NCBI GenBank assembly: GCA_031409655.1
Contig: JANNXQ010000232.1
Location: 1 to 64,000 of the forward strand
DNA length: 64,000 nucleotides
Direction: 5' to 3'
Source: Chthoniobacteraceae bacterium
GTDB lineage: Bacteria; Verrucomicrobiota; Verrucomicrobiia; Chthoniobacterales; Chthoniobacteraceae
Shown here one piece after another: positions 39,758 to 49,800 of this stretch (its first letter is position 1; each line of letters starts with the position of its first letter). Both the position numbers and the translations under genes were made by a program. The notes beneath the pieces are model-generated. The model saw only the letters and a program-made list of their open reading frames with translations, was not told where the DNA came from and searched no databases.

Positions 39758-41686
39758 TCATTGCCCGATCTTGACGATTCCGCCGGGGCGCTCCCACCGT
39801 TCCAGGCGCAGGGTCTTGCCGGTGGCGAGGGCCGGTGGGTAGTGGCCGCCGAAGACCCGGACGGTATCGCCCGGCTGGGCGGCGGCGACGGCAGGCGCCA
39901 TCGTGCGGAACGGCGCCGCCTGGGAGCCATTCTCGAAAACCCCGGTGTAAGTGCGATTCACATGAATCGTATGCCCGACGCCTCCGGGCACCGTGCCAGT
40001 GAAGGTGTACGCGCCGATGGAACCGTAACTCGAATAACCCGAGGTCAGTGGGCTGCCGGCCCCGCTGCCGGAGATTCTGAGGTAGTAAGTGCCGGCGGAC
40101 AGAGTGGCGGTGATGCTGGCGTCCAGCACGTTGAACACATTGTTCTGGGCCAGGACGGTAAAGGACGAACTCAGGAGCTCCAGCCGGATGTCGAGGTTGG
40201 GTCTCGGCTCCGCGTTGCTGGCGTTGATCGTCACCGAGCCCCCGGTGGTGGTGAAAGAGTAAACGTCCGTATCCGCCGCGAAGGTGATCACTCCACTCTG
40301 GCTGACGACGCCATCCCCCGCATTGAGCACGGCTGCGGACCCGATCGCGTTGCCCGCTTCATCCGCGACATAACCAAAGCCATTGAGGCTACTGGTGATG
40401 ATCGCCAGGTCGTCTTCCAGGTTATTGGCGTATTCATATTCTCCCCGGCTCCATTGGCTGACGGAGACATTGTAGGCCGCACCCATGATCGGCCCCCAAC
40501 TCGTGGCCCCGGAGCCGTGTCCGGCAAAATACTCTTCATGACCGAAGTCCGGGATTTCCCGGCCGTCGTGATTGAGCCCGAGGGTATGTCCCAATTCGTG
40601 CGAGACGGCTTCCGCGACCCCGTTCAGGCTCGTATTGAAAACCCAGCACGGAATGTTGTTGGAAAAATCGGTTCCGGCCTGCGCAAAAGAATAGACATAG
40701 GCAATGCCGCCAAAGCCAGGGCCCGCGGTGTCGGTGGGGGTGATGATGCAGCGCATGCGCCGGCCGATCGGTGCGGAGTTATACTTTGCGACATCGGTCG
40801 TGATGTTGATGTTAAACGGCAGGTAATCCTCCGTGACCCGTTGGAAGACTTCGGTGATCTCCGCGGAAGTCAGGGTGGAGGAGGCGGCGACGATGGGGTT
40901 GCCTCCGTTCCAATCCGGGTCGGCCACGGTCTGGCCATCGAAGTCCAGGTAGAATTGCGCCACGGCGGACGGACGGCTGTTGTGGATCGGCACGGCCACT
41001 GCGGAGACGCTGGCCGCCCGCGGCGGTTCGTTTTTCATCCGCGGCATCTGTGCACAGAGGACTTCGGAGAGGAGCACTTCGCGCAAGGCCGCGGCTCCCG
41101 CCCCATCCTGCTCAATGCGGTAGGCCAGACCGCGGCTGGGCCGCAGGATCCTCCCGCCGACCCGGCCCCCATCGGTATGGAGGGAAAAGCTGCCCTCTTC
41201 CCCGTCGGTGAGCCCGCCGCCGATGCGCACGGTCCCGCCTTCCTCCTGGACCAGATTGACGATCGCGGGAACCGTTTCTCCCGCGGCGAGCGGCAGGAGG
41301 ATGCGATCCCCAACCCGGAGAGTGCGGAGCGCCGCGAAAGACTCGCGATCCAGCGGAGTCGCACGCCCCTCGGGTTTCAATCCCCCGGCTCGCGCCCGCA
41401 GATATTCTGGCGACAGTGGCGCGAGCGGCTGGCCTGCGGTCGGCCCGGCACTGCGCAAGATCACCTTGGCGGGTGCTGCGGGCGTTCCTGGCTCCGTCGC
41501 CGCGTTCTTACCCGGCACCACAGAGGCTGCGGGCTCCAGCGACACAGAGGTGGATGAGACGGGCGCTGCTGGCTGCGGACTTGGCGGTGATCCTCGGCTA
41601 AGTCTCCGTTGCTGCACTCCGAGCGAGACGGCGGTGGCCAGAACGGCGACCAGGAGCAAGGCCTTGAGTGCGGTCGTCTTTTTCAT
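39758..41686 (-). CDS. Secreted metzincin (reprolysin-like) metalloprotease with PPC domain
   Basis: HELGHTLGLNH, Met-turn PIMG, DTDVYSF...LSAGTYYL PPC domain, probable prodomain with Cys (VLCAQM). Confidence 0.85.
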   Translation of the reverse strand: MKKTTALKALLLVAVLATAVSLGVQQRRLSRGSPPSPQPAAPVSSTSVSLEPAASVVPGKNAATEPGTPAAPAKVILRSAGPTAGQPLAPLSPEYLRARAGGLKPEGRATPLDRESFAALRTLRVGDRILLPLAAGETVPAIVNLVQEEGGTVRIGGGLTDGEEGSFSLHTDGGRVGGRILRPSRGLAYRIEQDGAGAAALREVLLSEVLCAQMPRMKNEPPRAASVSAVAVPIHNSRPSAVAQFYLDFDGQTVADPDWNGGNPIVAASSTLTSAEITEVFQRVTEDYLPFNINITTDVAKYNSAPIGRRMRCIITPTDTAGPGFGGIAYVYSFAQAGTDFSNNIPCWVFNTSLNGVAEAVSHELGHTLGLNHDGREIPDFGHEEYFAGHGSGATSWGPIMGAAYNVSVSQWSRGEYEYANNLEDDLAIITSSLNGFGYVADEAGNAIGSAAVLNAGDGVVSQSGVITFAADTDVYSFTTTGGSVTINASNAEPRPNLDIRLELLSSSFTVLAQNNVFNVLDASITATLSAGTYYLRISGSGAGSPLTSGYSSYGSIGAYTFTGTVPGGVGHTIHVNRTYTGVFENGSQAAPFRTMAPAVAAAQPGDTVRVFGGHYPPALATGKTLRLERWERPGGIVKIGQ

Positions 41687-41719
41687 GGGGCGCGATTGGC
41701 AACGGCTTCGCTCCGTCGA

Positions 41720-44152
41720 TTACGGCTTCCCCGTCCCGGATCTGGCGGGCAGGCCGAGCGCGCGCTCGACGGCTTCGAGGCGGCCGGCGAGGGCTTGGTT
41801 CTCTGCTTTGAGCAGGCCCAGTTCGGCGTCCTTTTCCTTGAGCTGTTCCTCGAGTTTCTCGTTCAGACCCTGGATGGCGGCCAGGGCCACGCCGTCGGCA
41901 TCCAAGGTGGTGATGTGTTTCTCATCGATGCCGAGGGCGAAGGCCGCGCGGAAATCCTGGGCCATGGGGCCGAGGTGGCGGGCGTCGGAGCCTTCCTTGT
42001 ATTGCCACTCGCTGATGGGCAGGCGCGCCACCTTGTCGAGCACGGCGCGGGAGTTGACCGGCTTGAACTGTTCCTTGGCGTGGCGATCGCTGGTGATGTT
42101 GACGGCAACGCAGGTGACTTCTCCAGTCACTTCGAGCTTGCTCACCGGGGTCGCTGTGCCGATGCCCACATTGCCGGCAGCGGTCCAGCGCAGCGCGATG
42201 GCTTGCGATCCAAAATTGCTGCCCAAAGCCCCGCCCCCGTAGCCATAGAGCACCGGCCCATCGACACTCACACCGGCAAAGGGCTTCGTCACTCCATACC
42301 AACCCACGCCATGGTTGGGATCACCCGGGCTTCGGAAGAACAACTCTGAATCGCTGATCCGAAGCACCCCGCCGGTCAGTATCAGATCGCCCGTCATGGT
42401 ATCGCCAGCTTTGCTCACTTTTGCAGAGGTCGCGGCCGTGAGGGTGTTGAATTGGGCCTGGATGGGCGCGGTCACGCCGTCGAGGCGCCCCAGTTCCGCG
42501 GTGTCCACGCCGCCGGTGCCGATGGTGAACTTCTCCTCGAACAACGCGCCCAGAGCCGTGCCGCCCAGGGTCAAGCCCGCGCCGTCGCCGGCAAAGGTAG
42601 CCGCGCGGGCGGTGGTGAGGCCGACAATGCGCAGCCCGCTGTTGTAATTGGCGAGATACGCCTGGTTGCCCAAGATTGTCAGCCCTTCAGCGACTCCATT
42701 CCCGAGTTGACTCTCCGGGACGTGGCTCCTGAGCGCGGGTGACTGCGGCTGGGAGATGTCGATCACGCGCAGGCCATCGCCGCCATTGGCGAGGCAGGCG
42801 TAGCGGCCCAGGATCGCGACGCTGTTGGCGGATCCATTCCCCATCGAAGCCCCTGAGACGTGTCCTACCGGACTGGGGTTTTGTGGGTCGGCTATGTGGA
42901 TGATGCGCAGGCCGTCGCCGGAATTCGCGAGGCAGGCGTAGTCCCCGGACACCGCCACGTCGTAGGCGAATCCATTGCCAAGCAGGGACCGCGGGACGTG
43001 GCCTCTGGGATTGGGATTCAGGGGGTCGGAGATGTCGATGATGCGCAGCCCGTCGGCGTCATTGGCGAGGTAGGCGTAGCTGCCCGAGACCGCCACGCGG
43101 ACGGCGAAGCCGTTGCCCAGCCCGGATTCCGGGACATGCGCCCTTGGCACGGGACTTAGCGGATCGGAAATGTCGATGATCCGCAGGCCATCGAAGGTAT
43201 TGGCGAGATAGGCATGGCTTCCTGAAATCACGACGCCATAGGTGGGTCCGTTGCCGATCGAAGAGGCAGGAACGTGACCTCTGAGCAAAGGGCCATCCGG
43301 ATTCGAAACTTCGATAACGCGCAGGCCATCCGATGAATTGGCTAGGTAGGCGTAGTTGCCCGAGACGGCGACGCCGATGGCGGAGCCGTTTCCCATCGCA
43401 CTCTCCGGGATGCTGCCCTTGACCACGGGATTCCACGGATCGGCGATGTCAATAATCTGCAAGCCCTGGCCCGTGTTGGCCAGGTAAGCGTAGCGGCCCG
43501 ACACCGCCACTCCGCTGGCGAGACCACCGCCCATCTGGTTCTCCGAAACTCCGCCCAACGTCGACGCGTCCCCTTGCACAACGACGGTGAGATCGCCGGT
43601 GAGATTCGTCGCATGCAGCCCGGTGAGCCCGGAACCATCGCCGCTGAAAATGCCGCTCGTGGTGCCGCCGAGCGCGAGGCCGGGGGCGAGTTGGGCGCTG
43701 GTGATGGCACCATCCGCCACCGTGCCTGCCACCAGCGCGTGCCCCACGGAGACGAGGCGCTGGTCGGGCGTGAGGCGCTGAAATTCATTGGTGTCACCGC
43801 CAAACCAGACTCGCAGGTGAAGGTCCGGGTCGGTGAAAAGGGTGGCCGGCACCTCGGTCATGTTTGGCAGCGTCGAATCGCCCAGCAGCACCGAGTAAAG
43901 CCCTTTCGTGACCTCGATCGTCACGAATCCCGCAGGCTGGCCACCTCCGAGACCGGTGCCGTCATTACTCCAATACGTCTTATTTCCCGCCCCATCGACG
44001 ATCGCGAACTTGAACCGGCCGAACCCATGAAAATTCACGTCGCCCACCGCGATGCGCCCCTGGTAGTTCAGCACGCGAGGCTGCGGCGGTGCGGCGAGAG
44101 TCGCCATCGCGAGCAGCCACAGGAGGTAAGTTCGGCCAATCACCTTTTTCAT
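41720..44152 (-). CDS. Secreted tail-fibre-like protein: YQG N-domain, 7 LVIVD repeats, peptidase S74 chaperone
   Basis: LNYQGRIAVG; seven 46-aa VAVSGxYAYLAN..GLRIIDISDP repeats; GNVGIGT; TSDRHAK...GPMAQDF; terminal coiled coil. Confidence 0.85.
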   Translation of the reverse strand: MKKVIGRTYLLWLLAMATLAAPPQPRVLNYQGRIAVGDVNFHGFGRFKFAIVDGAGNKTYWSNDGTGLGGGQPAGFVTIEVTKGLYSVLLGDSTLPNMTEVPATLFTDPDLHLRVWFGGDTNEFQRLTPDQRLVSVGHALVAGTVADGAITSAQLAPGLALGGTTSGIFSGDGSGLTGLHATNLTGDLTVVVQGDASTLGGVSENQMGGGLASGVAVSGRYAYLANTGQGLQIIDIADPWNPVVKGSIPESAMGNGSAIGVAVSGNYAYLANSSDGLRVIEVSNPDGPLLRGHVPASSIGNGPTYGVVISGSHAYLANTFDGLRIIDISDPLSPVPRAHVPESGLGNGFAVRVAVSGSYAYLANDADGLRIIDISDPLNPNPRGHVPRSLLGNGFAYDVAVSGDYACLANSGDGLRIIHIADPQNPSPVGHVSGASMGNGSANSVAILGRYACLANGGDGLRVIDISQPQSPALRSHVPESQLGNGVAEGLTILGNQAYLANYNSGLRIVGLTTARAATFAGDGAGLTLGGTALGALFEEKFTIGTGGVDTAELGRLDGVTAPIQAQFNTLTAATSAKVSKAGDTMTGDLILTGGVLRISDSELFFRSPGDPNHGVGWYGVTKPFAGVSVDGPVLYGYGGGALGSNFGSQAIALRWTAAGNVGIGTATPVSKLEVTGEVTCVAVNITSDRHAKEQFKPVNSRAVLDKVARLPISEWQYKEGSDARHLGPMAQDFRAAFALGIDEKHITTLDADGVALAAIQGLNEKLEEQLKEKDAELGLLKAENQALAGRLEAVERALGLPARSGTGKP

Positions 44153-46839
44153 GGGGTTGTGTTTCGATCGTTGGAAGTTTCCTTCAGCAGCAGGGCTTCG
44201 AGGCGCTGCAGGCGTGATTTCAAACCGGCGGTTTCCATCCGCAAATCGCCGGTCTCTTTTTTCATCGCCGCGATCTCGGCGTCCTTTTGTTTGAGTTTCG
44301 TGTGCAGTTCCTGCACGGCGGCGGCGGAGTAGATGGTGAGCGGGTAGGTGTCCACCTGGAGGATGGCGCTGCCGTCGGGGAGCTTCTCGCCGCTGCTCTG
44401 TACATCGGCGGGAAAGACTTCGGCGAATTCCTGCGCGACCACATTCAGGTAGCGTCGCGCGGGGATGCCGGGGTGTGCGGCGCGGTAGTCCTCAGTGTAG
44501 CGGAAGTCCACCAGCCGCACCCGGTCGAGCGTCTCCAGCGCGTGGCCGATGGGCTGGATGTCTTCCTTGATCCGCCGGTCGCTGTTCGCCAGCCAGGCTC
44601 CGGCGGTTTCCTTCGATGCGGCGCCATACACTTCGAGTTTGTTGTCGATGGGCGCTCCGCCGATCCCGACTTTTCCGTCCGAGGTCCACCGCAGGGCGAT
44701 CTTTTGCGCGGAGCTGCCGAGCGCCCCGCCGCCGAATCCGTAGAGCACCGGGCCATCAACCGCGACGCCGTCGAAAAGCTTGGAACTGCCAAACCACCCG
44801 ACGCCATGGTTGGGATCACTCCCGCCACGGAAGAGGATATCGGAATCGCTCATCCGGAGAATCCCGGTGGCCAGCGTGAGACTGCCCGTCATGGTGTCGC
44901 CTGCTTTGCTGACCTTGCTCGCGAGCAGGGCGGTCAGCGACGTGCCGCCGAAGGTGAGTCCGCTGCCGTCGCCGGCAAAGCTGCCCGCGGTCGCGCTCAA
45001 AAGGCTGAGGATGCGCAGCCCGTCATTGGCATTGGCTAGGTAAGCGTTGCTACCGGAGATCGCAACCCCATAGGCGAAGCCATTCCCAATCCCCATCGAG
45101 CTCTTCGGGATGTGGCCGGTCAGCACGGGGGCCTGAGGGCTGGAGATGTCGAAGATTCGCAAACCGTCTGAGGTATTGGCGAGGTAAGCATAGCTGCCCG
45201 AGACGGCAATCCCGGCGGCGGTGGCATTCCCCATCAGGCTCCCAGGGACGTGGCCAACCAGGATGGGGTTCTGCGGATTGGAGATGTTGATGATCCGCAA
45301 GCCGTCTTCGCCATTGGCGAGGTAGGCGTAACTGCCCTCGACCGCTACCGCAAAGGCGAAGCCATTCCCCATCAGACTAGCGGGGATGTGGCCCTGCGAC
45401 AGTGGGGCCTGCGGATTGAAGACGTCGATGATCCGCAAGCCGCCTTCGCCATTGGCGAGGTAAGCATGACTGCCCACCACCGCTACCCCATAGGCAGACC
45501 CATTCCCCAACAGGCTCTCCGGGATGCTGCCCCGCAGCACTGGGGTGTGCGGGACGGAGATGTCGATGATCCGCAAGCCGTCAGAGACATTGGCGACGTA
45601 AACGGAAATGCCCACCACCGCGATCCCATAGGCGAAGCCATTTCCCATCAGGCTCTCCGGGATGTGGCCCCGCAACGCTGGGGCCTGCGGGTCGGAGATG
45701 TCGATGATCCGCACACCGTCATCGCCATTGGCGAGGCAAACATATTCGCCCAGGGCCCCGATCCCGACGGCGCGGGAATTTCCCATGAGGCTCTCCGGGA
45801 TGTGGCCTTGCAACGCTGGGGCGCGTGGGTTGGAGATGTCGATGATCCGCAAGCCATCGAAGAAATTGGCGAGACAGACGTAGCTGCCCGAGACGGCCAC
45901 GTTGATGGCGGAACCAGACCCCATCCCGTTCTCAGAGACGTGGCTCTGCAGGCTGGCGTTTCCTTTTACGGTGAAGGTGAGATCGCCGGTGAGGCTCGCT
46001 GCTTGCAAGCCGGTGAGCCCTGAGCCATCCCCGCAGAACGTGCCCGCGGTGGTCCCGCCGAGCGACAGTCCAGGGGCGAGATTCAGGGTGCCCACGGCGC
46101 CTCTGGCGAGTTTGCTCTCGGTGATGGAGCCGCCCGCGATCTTCGCCTCCGAGACCGCGCCATCGGGCAGATAGCCATTCGGCGCGAGCCGCTGATCGGG
46201 GGTGAGGAGCTGGAAGCCATTGACGTTATCGCTGAACCAGACGCGCAGTCGCACGTCGGGCTGGGCAAAGACGCTGGCGGGAATGGGAGCCATGCCCAGC
46301 GGTGGCGCGGTGTCGCCGAGGAGCACAGAGTAGAGACCCTTCGTCACCTGGAGTGCGACCGATGCCGCCGGCTGGGCGAGCGGGCCGGTGGTGCCGTCAT
46401 TACTCCAGAGCGCGGTGTAGTATGTCGGCGGCGGCGCGGCAATGGCCACGTTGGGCCTGGAGGTGTAGCCGCTCCCGGCGTTCGTCACGGTGATGCCGGT
46501 GACGACACCCGCCGCGACGGTGGCAATGGCCGCGGCGTTGGTGCCGCCGCCTCCCGTGATGGTGACGAGCGGGGCCGACACGTAGCCCTTGCCGGGAACG
46601 GTGACGTTGACGGCGGTGATGAAGCTCCCGGTCCGCTCGGCCTCGCCCTCGGCCTGTTCGGAAGGGTTGTTCCCAGGATCGACGAGGGCAAATTTGAACT
46701 GGCCCGTGCCATTGAAGTTCGCCGTGCCGACGGCGACGCGGCCCTGGTAGCTGAGGAAATTCGGCACCTGCGCGGGCAGGGCCGTGGCGAGGAGGGCGAA
46801 GCAGCCGAGGACGGCGCGGAGCGTGTGCTTGGTTTTCAT
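44149..46839 (-). CDS. Secreted tail-fibre-like protein: YQG N-domain with GSGY insert, 7 LVIVD repeats, peptidase S74 chaperone
   Basis: FLSYQGRVAVG; seven LVIVD repeats; NSDRRIK...VVAQEF; terminal coiled coil. Confidence 0.85.
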   Translation of the reverse strand: MKTKHTLRAVLGCFALLATALPAQVPNFLSYQGRVAVGTANFNGTGQFKFALVDPGNNPSEQAEGEAERTGSFITAVNVTVPGKGYVSAPLVTITGGGGTNAAAIATVAAGVVTGITVTNAGSGYTSRPNVAIAAPPPTYYTALWSNDGTTGPLAQPAASVALQVTKGLYSVLLGDTAPPLGMAPIPASVFAQPDVRLRVWFSDNVNGFQLLTPDQRLAPNGYLPDGAVSEAKIAGGSITESKLARGAVGTLNLAPGLSLGGTTAGTFCGDGSGLTGLQAASLTGDLTFTVKGNASLQSHVSENGMGSGSAINVAVSGSYVCLANFFDGLRIIDISNPRAPALQGHIPESLMGNSRAVGIGALGEYVCLANGDDGVRIIDISDPQAPALRGHIPESLMGNGFAYGIAVVGISVYVANVSDGLRIIDISVPHTPVLRGSIPESLLGNGSAYGVAVVGSHAYLANGEGGLRIIDVFNPQAPLSQGHIPASLMGNGFAFAVAVEGSYAYLANGEDGLRIINISNPQNPILVGHVPGSLMGNATAAGIAVSGSYAYLANTSDGLRIFDISSPQAPVLTGHIPKSSMGIGNGFAYGVAISGSNAYLANANDGLRILSLLSATAGSFAGDGSGLTFGGTSLTALLASKVSKAGDTMTGSLTLATGILRMSDSDILFRGGSDPNHGVGWFGSSKLFDGVAVDGPVLYGFGGGALGSSAQKIALRWTSDGKVGIGGAPIDNKLEVYGAASKETAGAWLANSDRRIKEDIQPIGHALETLDRVRLVDFRYTEDYRAAHPGIPARRYLNVVAQEFAEVFPADVQSSGEKLPDGSAILQVDTYPLTIYSAAAVQELHTKLKQKDAEIAAMKKETGDLRMETAGLKSRLQRLEALLLKETSNDRNTTP

Positions 46840-46882
46840 GGGGCGGTTCGTTTTAGGTGGAGGCCTCCGGCGCAGGGAAGCC

Positions 46883-49800
46883 TCACGGCCCCACGCGGAC
46901 GCGGACGAAGAGCGTTGGAAAGCTCTCGTAACTTACCGTCAGAGTGAGCGGGTTGCCGGTGCCGGCGGTCGGCGCACTGATGGATACCCACACGATGAGA
47001 TCGGCGCTCGCCTCCACGGTATATTCGCGCCCGAGGACGCTCGGAAAGGTCACCGAGAGCGTACCCGAACCCGCGTTGCCGGTGTGCGTTGTCTGCGTGA
47101 TGTGGAGGTAGCTCGCCGGGTCGCCGGGGTTGGTGCGGGCGATCCACTCGATGCCATTGGTCACGCCGTCGCTGTCGTAGTCGAAGCTCGCGGCGTGCAG
47201 CGGGTCGTTGATGGTGCGATCCCCAGCCGTGGGCAGGCTTTCCCAAATCCAGGCGTTATAGTTGGTGAAGGTGCCGGCTTCATACGCGCCGATGTCGGGC
47301 GGGCCGACGATCGGGAAGCCGCGTTGGTCGCCAGTCAGTGCGGGGCTGAGCACGGCAGCGGCATCGCGCGCGGGGCTGGTGGGGAGCAGGGCCATCGTCT
47401 GCGTCGGCCCGCCGTAGTGGCCCAGCGGGGCGAGGAGCGGGTCGGCGGTGCTGATGGTGCCTGGATCGTACACGAAGCCGCCTTCGTTGAAAATCGAGGC
47501 GACGATGTTCGCTCCCACGGGGACAAGAGCCCCCATGTTGAGGATGTCCGCGCCCGCGCCCGGCCCGTACCTGTTCCCGGAGATGATGCTGTTGATCAGG
47601 GTCAGCGTCAGTTGCCCGTTGTAAATCGCGCCGCCTTGGGCCGCGAAATTGCGGGATACGGTGCATTGCGTCAGCGTCAGCGGCTGCGTGCTGCCAGCCC
47701 AGATCGCACCACCGAGGGCGGTGCTATTCCTGGAGAGGGTGCATTGCGTCAGCGTCAGCGGGCCGTTGCTGTAAATCGCGCCGCCGTAGATGTCGGCGAA
47801 ATTGCCGAAGAGAGTGCATCGCGTCAGAGTGAGTGTGCCGCTGTGGTTGTAGATCGCGCCGCCGCTGTTGTTGGAATTCATACCGACCCCGCCGCCGCCG
47901 GTGAGCGTGAGGCCCTCGAGCGCGACCGTCTGGCCGCTGCTGACGAAGAAGATGCGGTTCGAGCCCGGGCCGCCATCGATGGTCACGCCGCCGCTCAGGT
48001 CGCTGGCGTCGATGATCACGCTGTGTCTGAGCACGATTTCGCCTTTTGCCGCATCGAGGGTGATGGTGCTGCCATCGAGGCCGGGCGCGAAGATGACGGT
48101 GGCACCGTCGGGGGCCCCCTGCACGACCTGGCGCAAGGAGCCGATGCTGCCGTCGTCGAGGTTGTTGGTGACAATGAGGGCGATTTCCACCGCACCGATG
48201 TCCACCTGCGCGCCCGTGAGGCGCGGAAAGCCGCGCTGGTCGGTCGTGAGTCCGGCGACTTCGGAGCCGGCGGGCACACCGTCGATGGCCGGGCTGCCGA
48301 GCCGTGGCGGCATGGTCTGCGTCGCCCCGCCGTAGTGGCCCAGCGGGGAGAGCTGCGGGGAAGTGAAGCTGATGGTGCCCGCGCCGTTCACGGTGCCGCC
48401 GTCGTTGAAGAGCACCTTGACGATGTTCGCCCCCACGCGGGTGACGGTGCTGGTGTTGAAGATGTCGGCGCCGTCGGGGGCGTTGTTACTGCCGACGATG
48501 CTGTTGGTCAGCGTCAGCGGTGCGAAGTTATAGATCGCGCCGCCATAGACGCTGGCGGAGTTGCGGGAGATCGTACATTGCGTCAGCACGAGCGTGCCGC
48601 CATTGCCAATCGCACCGCCGTAGAGGGTGGAATTGCCGGAGAGCGTGCATTGCGTCAGCGTCAGCGTGGCATCGCTGAAAATTGCGCCGCCGTTGGTGTT
48701 GGCGAAGTTGCCGGAGAGGGTGCATTGCGTCAGCACGAGCGTGCCGCTGTTGTAAATCGCGCCGCCGAGACCGGGGTTCGTCGCGCCGATCGAGTTGCCG
48801 CCGGCGAGCGTGAGGCCCTGGAGCGCGACCGTTTGCCCGCTGCTCACGGTGAAGATGCGGTTCGGGCCCGGGCCGCCATGGATGGTCACGCCGCCGCTCA
48901 GGTCGCTGGCGTCGATGATCACGCTGCGGCTGAGCACGATTTCGCCTTTTGCCGCAACGAGGTTGATGGTGTCGCCACTGAGGCCGGGCGCGAAGGTGAT
49001 GGTGGCACCGGCGGCAGCCCCGAACACGGCATAGCGCAAGGAACCGTAGCTGCCGTCGTCGCGATTGTGGGTGACGATGAGGGTGGTCTGCGCTTCCACC
49101 GCGCCGATGTCCGCGAGGGCGCTGCCATTGCCGTCGCCATCCACCACGCGCGGGAACCCGGTGCCACGCTGGTCAGTGATGAGGCCGGCGACTTCGGAGC
49201 CGGCGGGCACGCCATCGATGGCCGGGCTGCCGGCCAGTGGCGGCATGGTCTGCGTGGGACCGCCATAGTTCCCGAGAGCCGCGAGCTGCGGGGCGGCATT
49301 GCTGATGGTGCCGCTGCCATTCACGGGGCCCTCATTGATGAGCGATTGGACGATATTTGCCCCCACCCGGGTGAGGATGTCGGTGTTGTAGATGTCCGCG
49401 GCGGAGGGAGCAGTGTTCCCAGCGACCACGCTATTGGTCAGGAGCAGCGGGCCGGCGGTGTTCCAAATCGCGCCTCCTGTCGAGCTGGCGGAATTGCCGG
49501 AGAGGGTGCAGTGCGTCTGCGTCAGCGTGCCCTCGTTGAATATCGCGCCGCCGGAAATATCGGCGGAATTGCCGGAGAGAGTGCATTGCGTCAGCGTCAG
49601 CGTGCCGTCGTTGTAAATCGCGCCGCCGAAGCCACCGAAAGCGCCGTTGGAGGTGGCGGAATTGCCGGAGAGGGTGCAGTGCGTGAGCGTGCTGGACGCG
49701 CCGAAAATCGCGCCGCCAGCGTGGGCGGAATTGCCGGAGAGGGTGCAGTGCGTCAGCGTCAGCGTGCGGAGGCTAAAAATCGCGCCTCCCTCAGTGGCGG

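Noticed and set aside
42620..45930. CRISPR-like regularly spaced DNA repeats (gatgtcgatgatccgca...)
   Set aside because: The 138-nt period equals the 46-aa LVIVD coding repeat; the repeats are degenerate at third codon positions, and no cas genes are present.
41720..46839. Prophage or tailocin suggested by tail-fibre/S74 domains
   Set aside because: Both proteins have Sec-type signal peptides, and no capsid, terminase, sheath, baseplate, lysis or integrase genes occur in the window.
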